A DNA stretch of 64,000 bases from Longimicrobiales bacterium (lineage in GTDB: Bacteria > Gemmatimonadota > Gemmatimonadetes > Longimicrobiales > RSA9). How positions within the stretch are numbered: position 1 is the stretch's first letter; each line of letters begins with the position of its first letter. A model generated the notes under the pieces. The model did no database searches and was not told the DNA's origin. It was given only the letters and a program-made list of their open reading frames with translations. The stretch lies in contig DASUXU010000104.1 of assembly GCA_036377735.1 (NCBI GenBank), forward strand, positions 10,904-74,903, given 5' to 3'. The position numbers and the translations under genes are program-made. This document shows, piece by piece, positions 10,011-18,335 of the stretch.

Positions 10011-10039
10011 ATGATACTAACCCCATGCATTGTGGTCAA
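10011..10039 (-). promoter_or_regulatory. sigma70-like promoter of nrdJ
   Basis: Minus strand: TTGACC, 17-nt spacer, TATCAT. This is the only good -35/-10 pair in the 390-nt intergenic region. Confidence 0.6.
10020..10035 (-). promoter_or_regulatory. NrdR box 2 (in the promoter spacer, touching the -35)
   Basis: The minus strand reads CCACAATGCATGGG, about 11/15 matches to the consensus. Its centre is 32 bp from box 1, the spacing typical of tandem NrdR boxes. Confidence 0.5.
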
Positions 10040-10217
10040 GGGACAAGATCTGCCGGACTTTTCCACTGTTGTGGATACCCCGGAAACCCTTTTCTGTCCC
10101 CATTTTTTCGGCTTTTCCACGGCCCGCCTGTGGACAACTCGAGCCCGGCTTCGGGTCCGGCCGGGGTCAGTCGACGCAGGATTCGGGGACGTGGCGGAGG
10201 GTGTGACCCGAAACGGA

Positions 10218-10252
10218 AGCGGGCCGCACCGGATCTACCGGAGCGGCCCGCT
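10218..10252 (-). terminator. intrinsic terminator after the small-ORF pair
   Basis: 14-bp stem with one mismatch (AGCGGGCCGC.CCGG / CCGG.GCGGCCCGCT) and loop ATCTA, followed on the minus strand by TTCCGTTTCGGG. Confidence 0.6.
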
Positions 10253-10271
10253 CAGCATGTCCGTCGATGAG

Positions 10272-10487
10272 CTACCGGTTCTTCTCTGCTGCCCGCCGCT
10301 GCGCACGGTTGCCGTTCGGATTCTCAGGCAGCTCGTCCTGTTCCGGCGAAACAGGGTTGCCGGGTGCCTGCGGCTTCCGGTCGTTGGCCGAGTTCAGATC
10401 AGACGGCTGATTCGGATACGTCTTGTAATCGGTCGCACCACCTTCTTCCGGTGCGATCTGATACTGGTCGGGTCGTTTGCCACCCAT
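10272..10487 (-). CDS. small hydrophilic disordered protein (71 aa), paralog of 10601..10777
   Basis: ATG 10487 (residue 16 of the track ORF) is preceded by GGAGG-CAGG. Sequence: [10 protein letters not shown]...[18 protein letters not shown]3-rich. Confidence 0.55.
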   Translation of the reverse strand: MGGKRPDQYQIAPEEGGATDYKTYPNQPSDLNSANDRKPQAPGNPVSPEQDELPENPNGNRAQRRAAEKNR

Positions 10488-10600
10488 CCTGCCTCCATGG
10501 TGCTGTCTGTGTGCATGTCGAATGAAGCACAACAGGTACAGGAACCATGCCGCCGACGCGCGATCACAAGCGCGGACGTGGCACGAGACGAAGTCATGTC

Positions 10601-10777
10601 TCAGCGTGAGGGCCTGCCACCCTTCTGCTGGTTCGCCTTCGACTTCGCCTGGCGCGCGGCGGCGCGGCGCTGTTCGCGATTTCCCGCCGGGTCTGCCGGC
10701 GGTCCCTTTTCAATGTCCGCCGGCTGGTTCTTGGTCCTGGGTTTGTGCCGGTTCGCTTCGGGAAACTTCCCTGCCAT
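10601..10777 (-). CDS. small basic disordered protein (58 aa), not in the ORF track
   Basis: Own translation: [63 protein letters not shown] lies 9 nt upstream. About 80 percent G/C at third positions. It starts 24 nt after the amidase stop. Confidence 0.5.
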   Translation of the reverse strand: MAGKFPEANRHKPRTKNQPADIEKGPPADPAGNREQRRAAARQAKSKANQQKGGRPSR

Positions 10778-10801
10778 AGCGCAGCCCTCGGTAAGATCGG
10801 T

Positions 10802-12790
10802 TCAATTGTCGATGCGTGATCGCAGGAACGCCTCGAGCGCGCGCATGTGCGCGCGTGCTACGCGTTCATACACCTGAGGATCACGCATGGCCGCTTCCTG
10901 TTCGGGCACCATGAGGAAGCTGGTTTCCGTAAGCACCGCCGGCATCCAGGTCGCGCGGACGAGTGCCAGGTCCGCGCGTCCGATTCCGATGTCGCGCAGA
11001 CCGATCTCGCGCAGCAGCTCAGCCTGGAGGAGCTTGGCGAGCTCGACGGACTGCGGGTGGAAGTAGTACGCGCTCGTGCCGTTGTTGGTGAATGGATTCA
11101 CGCCGTCCGGGAACGCGTTGTTGTGGACAGAGATCAGAATGTGCGCGTTGGAGTCGGCGGCCATCTGCGGTCGTGCTCCGAGATCTACGGGCCCGCTGTC
11201 CCTGCGAGTCATGAGCACACGCGCGCCGGCTGCCTCCAGCTGATCACGCAGCTTCATTGCGATGCCGAGATTCGCTTCCGCCTCTGTGAGGCCGGTGGGT
11301 CCGATTGCGCCGCCCGGCGGGTGGCCCGCGTCGACAGCGATGAGCAGGCCGGCGAACGGATTGGCGGCCGAGATGACGGGAGGCCTGCGGATGCGGAGGA
11401 TGAGCGCGCCCGCCGCGTCGAAGAAGGTGTCATATCCCCAGACGTCCCGGGTCAGGTCGACGGTTACGCGGTAGACGCTGTCGGAGGGCTGGGACCACGC
11501 TGCGCGATCAATAAGTGGATCGAGCGAGCCGTACTGGAAGAAGTCGACACGCGTGGTTGCACCAAACACATCGATCGAAATGCGGCGCTCGTTTTCCGTG
11601 ACGTGAAAGGGCAGCCTCTCCTGGAGCGGAATGCGCAGATCGATGTATTCCGGCTGCGCAATGAGTCGAACCGCAGCGATCGTCGCACCGGGGATCGGCG
11701 TGCCGGCGGGTGCGAGTCGCATGTCGCTGACGGGTACGAATGCCGACCTGTTGCCAGCCAGCCGCACGTGGTAGAAACCGTCGCGCTCTCCGAGGATCTG
11801 CAGCCGCGTGCCGTCGGGCCAGAAGAAGTGGAACGGGCCGTCCGTGTCGTTGCGTCCGCGCGTGCGCCATTCGCGTCCCGCGCCGGGCGGCGCCTGCACG
11901 ACACCGACCGTGGGCAGTGAAGGGTCGATAATGGCGACGTTCACGCGCGCGGGCGCGCGCACGGTGTCCGCACCGCTGATCAGCTCGAAGGACCCGCCGG
12001 CCGCGCGTGCGGCGGCATCGGTCGCACGGCTGATCAGTGCCGGCTTTGCGACGGCGGTATCGGTTGCGACCCAGCTCGACTCCACGGGGATGACACCGCT
12101 GTACGTCGATGTTCCGGTCCCGATCGTGGACCCGGAAGGTGTCGTGATGAAATTGGCGCCCGGCGCACCGTCGGCGGCTGTACCGCTTTCGACGAGCGGG
12201 TAGCGCGCCCCTCCCGGTGTAACGAAGATCGCACGTGCGCCACTCGTTCCGCGCAGCGTGACCTTCAGATTGGAACCGCGCGGCACACTCACCGCTCCGG
12301 TCGGTGCGACCGATGCGATACGCAGCCCGGTGGCAGGTGTCGCGCCGGCCGGTACGCGAACCGGTCGCGTGAGCTGGTCGCTCGCACCGTCCTTCGTCGC
12401 CTGGAGTCGATACACACCATCGACGGGCACCGGCAGATAGGCGAGGAACGCACCGTTGGGCGCGACGTCGACGGGCGCGCCGTTGATGGCGAGTGTCGCG
12501 CGGCCGGAGCCGACCGAGCCGAATATGAAGTTGGAGTCGCGAACGGCGAGTGCCGCGTTGGAATCGGGATATGCCACGCGGATACGGAGCGGTCCGTCGA
12601 CAACAGGAATGGGCGGCAGGGATCCGCGCACTTCCGGCACCGGCGTGCCCAGCGGCGCGGGCGCCGGCGCAACGGGGGGACTCGAGCTGGCGCACGCTCC
12701 ACTGACTGCAATGGCGAGCAGCGCTGCAACCTTTCTCACGATTCCTCCTGCGAACGGTCCGGGGATTGTCTGTGCAGCATCCTTCCGCAA
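10802..12790 (-). CDS. N-acetylmuramoyl-L-alanine amidase lipoprotein with a long N-terminal region and an SH3b-like segment
   Basis: Lipobox (LLAIAVSGAC), SH3b-like GFYHVRLAGNRSAFVPVSD, and a C-terminal Amidase_3 domain (IAVDAGHPPGG, LISVHNNAF, LTETSFL). Confidence 0.85.
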   Translation of the reverse strand: MRKDAAQTIPGPFAGGIVRKVAALLAIAVSGACASSSPPVAPAPAPLGTPVPEVRGSLPPIPVVDGPLRIRVAYPDSNAALAVRDSNFIFGSVGSGRATLAINGAPVDVAPNGAFLAYLPVPVDGVYRLQATKDGASDQLTRPVRVPAGATPATGLRIASVAPTGAVSVPRGSNLKVTLRGTSGARAIFVTPGGARYPLVESGTAADGAPGANFITTPSGSTIGTGTSTYSGVIPVESSWVATDTAVAKPALISRATDAAARAAGGSFELISGADTVRAPARVNVAIIDPSLPTVGVVQAPPGAGREWRTRGRNDTDGPFHFFWPDGTRLQILGERDGFYHVRLAGNRSAFVPVSDMRLAPAGTPIPGATIAAVRLIAQPEYIDLRIPLQERLPFHVTENERRISIDVFGATTRVDFFQYGSLDPLIDRAAWSQPSDSVYRVTVDLTRDVWGYDTFFDAAGALILRIRRPPVISAANPFAGLLIAVDAGHPPGGAIGPTGLTEAEANLGIAMKLRDQLEAAGARVLMTRRDSGPVDLGARPQMAADSNAHILISVHNNAFPDGVNPFTNNGTSAYYFHPQSVELAKLLQAELLREIGLRDIGIGRADLALVRATWMPAVLTETSFLMVPEQEAAMRDPQVYERVARAHMRALEAFLRSRIDN

Positions 12791-12800
12791 GGGCGGTGCC

Positions 12801-14522
12801 TCACGGCGCGGCAGGTGGACGCTGTGCCGGTCGCTTCAGATAGCTGTCGTCGCACGCCTCGAAACGACCATCCTGCGGCGTGCCCGGTGGTGGTGGCGCC
12901 AGCGAGCGGGCACCCGGCCGGATCCCGAACACGACCGTACCATCCGTACCGAACGAGCGCAGGACGCAGAACGCGGCGGGTCGGGACAGCAGTACGGGAG
13001 CGAGATACGCGTCGGCCAGACTGGTAAGGCGATCATAGACGACGTAACGCGCGCCTACGGAGTCTGCCAGTGAAAAGAGCGCATCGGGATCGGCACTCAT
13101 GGGATAGTTGGTGCCGCGGATGCCATCCGAAATTGCATAGAACAGACGCGGCTTGCGCGAGAGTACGACGGCGTCGTCCGGGAGCGCGGCTGCCGCCCAC
13201 GCGGCCACGTCGAAGTAGGATCTCTCCGGCCCGAACAGGCACGGATACGTTTCACCCTGCCGGAACTGGCTCGTACACGCGCGTCCCGCGGCAACGCCAG
13301 CGGACAGAGCGGGCGTCATGATCATCAGCAGCAGCGCAACAGTTGCACCCGCGACCGCAAGCATGACCGGCGGCGCGACACGTTGCAGCAGGCGCGCAGC
13401 GCCGGTCGCGGCGTAATACAGCAGGAGCGGAAATATCGGCAGGAGGAACCGCTCGCCCGACCACACGGCGGGCCACACGAAGAGCAGTCCGATATAGAGT
13501 GGCATCAGCAGCTCGGCGACCATCGTGCGCCGGAGCCGCGTCGCCCACCCGAAAAGCGCGAATGCAGTCACGAGCAGGGCCAGCGCCGTGGCCACCGTGC
13601 CGAGCCCGCCCGTCAGCAGAACGGGCAGATGAATCGTCGCATACTTGAAAGCGTTCTCTCCGATGCGGCCGAAGAGCTCCGGCACGCCGATCATGCCGAG
13701 GTCCGGCTGATACGGATTGACGAACCAGAACTCCTGCGCATATGCCACGCCGCCGGTATTGCGCGCGCGCAGCCACCACAGCAGCGCGGGCGGCGTTACA
13801 ACCGTGAGCGTGGCGGCGAGCTGAACCCACCGCCGCCGCCACGCGAGCCAGCCTGCGCACGCCAGGAGGAGGGGCAGACCTGCCGAGCGCGTGAAGTACG
13901 CGAGTGTCATTGCGATCACCGCGACCGCAAAGCGGCCCCACTGATGAGGCCGCAGCCGGTCGAACGCCCACAGTGCGAGCATGGTGAACATCCAGAACGG
14001 CACATCCGAGAGGAGCCAGTGCGTCTGCTCGAGCACGCCGGGACTCAGCGCGAGAATGAGCGCAACGCCCGTGGCCAGCACGGGCCGGCCGCGGCGCCGG
14101 ATGAACAGGTACGTGAACGTGATCGCAGCTCCGCCGATCAGCACCATCACCAGCTTCAGCTGCACCCATGTCTTCAGACCGGCGACGATCCCGGCAGCCA
14201 GCAGCAGCGGGAAGACGGGCGGGTACTTGGTGTGCGGCAGCTGCAACGGGTCGTACAGGTCCGTGTAGCCCGTCCCCGCAACCAGTGAGCGCGCGAGTGT
14301 GAGATACTGCGCGCTGTCGCCGCCCGTGTGCGGCTGCGGCAGGAACGTCAGGAAGGACAGCAGCAGATACAGCGCGAGCGGTACGGCCGCTGTCAGGAAA
14401 GGATGTCGTTGGACCAGCAGTGCGGGCGCTGGCTGTGTGGCGGAGGTCCGCGCGGCTGCCCGTGGCTTCCGGCTGTCCGCCCGCGCGGCTGCCCGTTTTG
14501 CCGTGCGGCCTGCAGGCTTCAC
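12801..14522 (-). CDS. GT-C fold glycosyltransferase (ArnT/PMT, GT39/GT83-like) membrane protein
   Basis: Polytopic membrane protein with an ArnT/PMT-like first loop (LARSLVAGTGYTDLYDP..HTKYPPVFPLL). Start set to GTG 14522, giving a GTGA overlap with the nagZ stop. The track start at 14618 would overlap nagZ by 100 nt. Confidence 0.75.
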   Translation of the reverse strand: MKPAGRTAKRAAARADSRKPRAAARTSATQPAPALLVQRHPFLTAAVPLALYLLLSFLTFLPQPHTGGDSAQYLTLARSLVAGTGYTDLYDPLQLPHTKYPPVFPLLLAAGIVAGLKTWVQLKLVMVLIGGAAITFTYLFIRRRGRPVLATGVALILALSPGVLEQTHWLLSDVPFWMFTMLALWAFDRLRPHQWGRFAVAVIAMTLAYFTRSAGLPLLLACAGWLAWRRRWVQLAATLTVVTPPALLWWLRARNTGGVAYAQEFWFVNPYQPDLGMIGVPELFGRIGENAFKYATIHLPVLLTGGLGTVATALALLVTAFALFGWATRLRRTMVAELLMPLYIGLLFVWPAVWSGERFLLPIFPLLLYYAATGAARLLQRVAPPVMLAVAGATVALLLMIMTPALSAGVAAGRACTSQFRQGETYPCLFGPERSYFDVAAWAAAALPDDAVVLSRKPRLFYAISDGIRGTNYPMSADPDALFSLADSVGARYVVYDRLTSLADAYLAPVLLSRPAAFCVLRSFGTDGTVVFGIRPGARSLAPPPPGTPQDGRFEACDDSYLKRPAQRPPAAP

Positions 14523-15985
14523 TGCAAACCTGCCTTCTGCGGCATGGCCCGTCCGCTGGCAAGCGCGAGCCACCTCGCCGCGGCGCGCTGCATGAGCGAT
14601 TCGCCACCCCACGCGCACAGGAGGCGGCGGCCCTGCAGAAAGCGCTCGAGGCGGGGATGGCCGAAAAGGACGATCACGGCATCCGGCCGCTGTGCGAGCA
14701 CTGCGTTCACAGACGCACGCGCATTCTCACTGATGACCGGCTCACCCTTCCATGCGCGGATGTCGGAGTAGACGGCGATCACAGCCGCACGGTCCGAGGA
14801 AGCGACGACGGTCGCCCGGACGTCGAAACCGGAATCCCGAAGTGCATCGACGAAGGAGTTTCGGGACGGCGACGGAAATGGCCCCCCGAGATCGTCATCC
14901 AGGATAATGAGATCGAATGCGCGGGGGAGATCGATCCTGTCGCGGAGCGACGAAACTGCGCGCACCGCCGTGCCGAGTGCGGACTCTGCGACATCCTCAT
15001 GATCATCATGGGCCGGCGAGCTGTAGGCCGCGCGTTCGGCCGCGTCACGCACCCTGGCGAGTGACTCGCTGACGCGCCGCGCGGACAGCGAGCGGTTCAG
15101 CTCGGCATCGAGTGCGTCCGCGATTTCGGAAAAGGCAGCCGGATAAAGTATCGCATCGCAGCCTGCATTGAGTGCGCGGATGGCGGCGTGTCTCGCGTCC
15201 CCGCCCGCGGCATCCAGTACTCCCTGCATGTTGAGTGCATCGGTTACGATGATGCCGTCGAAGCCCAGCGCCGTGCGCAGCAGCGGTCCCAGGATCGCAG
15301 GAGACAGTGTCGCGGGGGAGTCGGAGTCGAGTGCCTCAAAGACGACGTGCGCTGTCATGATCGAGTCCACACCTGCGGCGATGGCGGCGCGAAACGGCTC
15401 CAGGTCATCTTCGAGGCTGTGTCGGTCCGCGGCGACGCGCGGCAGCGCAGAGTGCGAGTCCTCCACGGTCCGCCCGTGGCCCGGGAAGTGTTTCGCGCAG
15501 CACAGCACGCCCGTGCTCCGGCAGCCGCTCACCCATGCCGCGACGTGGCGTGCAACGTGGGCGGACCGCGTCCCGAATGAACGGGTGCCTACGATCGGAT
15601 TGCGCGGCTCGGTATCCACGTCCGCTACGGGGGCAAGAATCCAGTTCACGCCGAGCGCGTGCGCCTCCAGCGCGGTGGTCCGGGCGGCACGCGCAGTGAC
15701 AGCCGCATCATCGACGAAGCCGAGCGCGCCCGCCGGCGGCATCTGCGTGCGACCCGTGAACTGCTGGCCGGCTCCCCGCTCGAGGTCCGATGCGAACAGG
15801 AGCGGGTAGTCACATCGGGACTGCGTCGTGTATGTCAGCTGCCGGACCGCGTCCGGCTCGCCGCCGAACAGCGCAAAGCCGCCGGCACCCCGGCGCAGTG
15901 CGGCTTCGACCACGGCGCTCTCGTGATCGAAGCCGGTGCGTGCATTCCAGCGCAGCGCCGGAAGGAGAAGCCGCGCCGGTCCCAT
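14519..15985 (-). CDS. nagZ: beta-N-acetylhexosaminidase (GH3, NagZ-like) with a C-terminal extension
   Basis: GH3 N-domain with KHFPGHGRTVEDSHSALP. No signal peptide. About 150 extra C-terminal residues. Confidence 0.85.
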   Translation of the reverse strand: MGPARLLLPALRWNARTGFDHESAVVEAALRRGAGGFALFGGEPDAVRQLTYTTQSRCDYPLLFASDLERGAGQQFTGRTQMPPAGALGFVDDAAVTARAARTTALEAHALGVNWILAPVADVDTEPRNPIVGTRSFGTRSAHVARHVAAWVSGCRSTGVLCCAKHFPGHGRTVEDSHSALPRVAADRHSLEDDLEPFRAAIAAGVDSIMTAHVVFEALDSDSPATLSPAILGPLLRTALGFDGIIVTDALNMQGVLDAAGGDARHAAIRALNAGCDAILYPAAFSEIADALDAELNRSLSARRVSESLARVRDAAERAAYSSPAHDDHEDVAESALGTAVRAVSSLRDRIDLPRAFDLIILDDDLGGPFPSPSRNSFVDALRDSGFDVRATVVASSDRAAVIAVYSDIRAWKGEPVISENARASVNAVLAQRPDAVIVLFGHPRLERFLQGRRLLCAWGGESLMQRAAARWLALASGRAMPQKAGLQ

Positions 15986-15987
15986 CG

Positions 15988-17169
15988 TCAGTTGCGGATG
16001 TCGCCGAACGGACTGGCCAGTCTCATCAGGACGGCGTCGTCAACGGAGAGGAAGAACGTACCGTCCGTCTCGGTGACCGCCATCCAGCGCGCAGGCGAAT
16101 AGTTACCGCGCTCCGACTGCTTCATCGTAACGGCCACGCTGCCGATCGTCTCTGCGGCCGCGCCCCCGGTGAACGGTGCGGAGAGCACATTGTACGAGAG
16201 CCGCGACGTACCGCGGTCCGACACCGCACCGGTAGGATCTGCGCGCAGGAACAGGAACCCATCAGCGAACGGCCGGATGCGCGGGGCGATGCCTGCGCCC
16301 GCGTCGCGCGTCGCGCCCGTCGCGAGGTTCATCACGTGGATGTGCCGTCCGGCCTCGTATACCATGTGGCTGCCGTCGGCGGAGAAGAAGACCGGGACGA
16401 CGTTGGCCACGACCTCGATGTCCGACGGTATCTCGATCGTGCGGTTGTCTGCAGTTCTGACCGTAACGCGGCCGACCGCTGCACCCCACTGTTCCCATGA
16501 GTGCGTCGGCACGAACCGCAGTGTGTGTCCGGTCTCCGTCGTGCGCGCAAGAATGCCCGCGGCATCGGGCGCGAGCGGCGCACCCCGCTCCTCGAGCGCG
16601 CGCAGGATACCGTTCGCAACCGACAGAACCGTTGCCGGCCTGTCGGACGCAGCGATCCGGCGCAGCGCCGCGAGGTCTTCATCACCGACAAACTGCAGCG
16701 CTTTCGCCTGGATCTCCGGCGCCGCATCGTCCAGCGCCTCACGCATCAGCGCAGTGTAGGAACGGTACCCCGCCTCACGCAGCGTATGCGCGGTTGCAAG
16801 AGCGGTCGCCCGAATTCGGGGGTCCGTATCATGGAGCGCCGAACGCACCGGCCCGTACAACCGCGCCATCTCGCGCACCGCGATGAGCTCGAGGGCGTGC
16901 ACGCGCGCCGCGAACGGGGCCTCCCTGTCCTCCACCACCTCCCCAACCTGGTCGACGAACCGGCTGCCGACCTTGAACTCGTAGGCATTGATGTTCCCGT
17001 CCGCCACAGTCTCCTCGGCGAGAAGCTTCTGCAGCTCGGCGGGTGACGTGCCGGCGACTGCGCCTGTGCCGGGGGACGCGGCCGGAGCCGGACCAGCGAC
17101 GGACGGCGCGGTGCCACCCGCACACGCAGTGACGGCCAGCATTGCAGCGAACAGTGTGAAATATCTCAT
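15988..17169 (-). CDS. lipoprotein of unknown function (HEAT-like repeats plus a beta-rich C-terminal domain)
   Basis: Start at ATG 17169 gives MRYFTLFAAMLAVTAC (lipobox). HEAT-like D.DPRIRATALATAH and DDAAPEIQAKALQF. Its stop lies 2 nt before the nagZ start. Alternative start at 17214. Confidence 0.65.
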   Translation of the reverse strand: MRYFTLFAAMLAVTACAGGTAPSVAGPAPAASPGTGAVAGTSPAELQKLLAEETVADGNINAYEFKVGSRFVDQVGEVVEDREAPFAARVHALELIAVREMARLYGPVRSALHDTDPRIRATALATAHTLREAGYRSYTALMREALDDAAPEIQAKALQFVGDEDLAALRRIAASDRPATVLSVANGILRALEERGAPLAPDAAGILARTTETGHTLRFVPTHSWEQWGAAVGRVTVRTADNRTIEIPSDIEVVANVVPVFFSADGSHMVYEAGRHIHVMNLATGATRDAGAGIAPRIRPFADGFLFLRADPTGAVSDRGTSRLSYNVLSAPFTGGAAAETIGSVAVTMKQSERGNYSPARWMAVTETDGTFFLSVDDAVLMRLASPFGDIRN

Positions 17170-17213
17170 CAGTTTTCTTCTCGTATCCAGGTGCTGCTTC
17201 ACGATGTCGATCA

Positions 17214-18335
17214 TTACGGTGTATGGCTTCCCAGCACGCGGGGCCCGCGAGCGCCGGTTGCGCTGGGCACATTGCCCGTGATGCCGCGGATATGGGCCCA
17301 CGCGAGTGCAGCGAACACAATGGCTTCCTTCGCGTCGCGTGGGACGCCCGCATCATCCCCTGAGCGCACGGGCACCGGTGCGAGCAGCTCGCCCAGCCTG
17401 CGCATCAGCGTGCGATTCCGCACGCCCCCGCCTGTCACAATCACCTCGCCGACTGCGCGCGGACGGATCCAGCGGTTGAATGCGTCGCTGATCGAGCGCG
17501 CCGTAAGCTCGGTGAGCGCTGCTACCAGCGAGGCAGGGTCGGAGGCGCGCCCCGCCAGGGCTGCAACATAATCCCGACCGAAGATCTCACGACCCGTCGA
17601 GCGGGGCGGCGCCGCAGCGAAGAACGGGTGTGCCAGAAGCTCGGTGACGATCCTCTCATCCACCTCACCCGCCGCTGCCATGCGCCCGTCCTCGTCGTAC
17701 GAGAGACGACCGTCCGTTGCGAGCTCTACGGCCGCGTCGATCAGTGCATTGCCCGGTCCGGTATCGAACGCTACCACATCTTCATCAGCGCCACGACGTG
17801 GAACCCATGACAGGTTCGCCATACCGCCGAGGTTCAGCAGAACGCGCGGGTGTGCATCACTCGAGAACAGCAGGCGGTCAGCCCACGGGACCAGCGGCGC
17901 GCCGTGCCCGCCAGCGGCGACATCGCGCGCCCTGAAGTCGCTCACCACGGATACGCCCGTCAGCTCGGCGATCGTCGCCGGACATCCCAGCTGCAATGTT
18001 GCGCCACGGCGTCCGCCCGCGGGCGGGATGTGCCAGACGGTCTGACCGTGCGAGCCGATGACATCGACCGTAGCGAGATCGACACCGGCCATGTCCGCCA
18101 CGCCGCGCGCGGCGTCCGCGAACCACTCGCCCAGGTCCGCATGCAGGCGGCACAGCTCTTCGGCGGAGCCGTGCGTGATGGCGTCGTGAATGGCTGCGCG
18201 GCGCGACGCGCTGTACGGCTGTTCCCTGAAGGCGACGAGATGCCAGTCGGCCGCGGATGCATCACCGTCGATGTCGATCAGTGCGGCATCGATACCATCC
18301 AGAGACGTGCCGGACATCAGTCCGATCACGCGCAT
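17214..18335 (-). CDS. anmK: anhydro-N-acetylmuramic acid kinase
   Basis: MRVIGLMSGTSLDGIDAAL N-terminus and 373 aa, typical of AnmK. Confidence 0.9.
   Translation of the reverse strand: MRVIGLMSGTSLDGIDAALIDIDGDASAADWHLVAFREQPYSASRRAAIHDAITHGSAEELCRLHADLGEWFADAARGVADMAGVDLATVDVIGSHGQTVWHIPPAGGRRGATLQLGCPATIAELTGVSVVSDFRARDVAAGGHGAPLVPWADRLLFSSDAHPRVLLNLGGMANLSWVPRRGADEDVVAFDTGPGNALIDAAVELATDGRLSYDEDGRMAAAGEVDERIVTELLAHPFFAAAPPRSTGREIFGRDYVAALAGRASDPASLVAALTELTARSISDAFNRWIRPRAVGEVIVTGGGVRNRTLMRRLGELLAPVPVRSGDDAGVPRDAKEAIVFAALAWAHIRGITGNVPSATGARGPRVLGSHTP

Noticed and set aside
9880-10271. Possible cobalamin riboswitch or other structured leader in the long region upstream of nrdJ; also the 325-aa ORF 9900..10877+.
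   Set aside because: I found no B12-box-like core or conserved riboswitch helices by eye. The region is better explained by a promoter with NrdR boxes about 125 nt upstream of the ATG. The plus-strand ORF runs antisense through intergenic sequence and the two small ORFs. A covariance-model scan (Rfam) would settle this.
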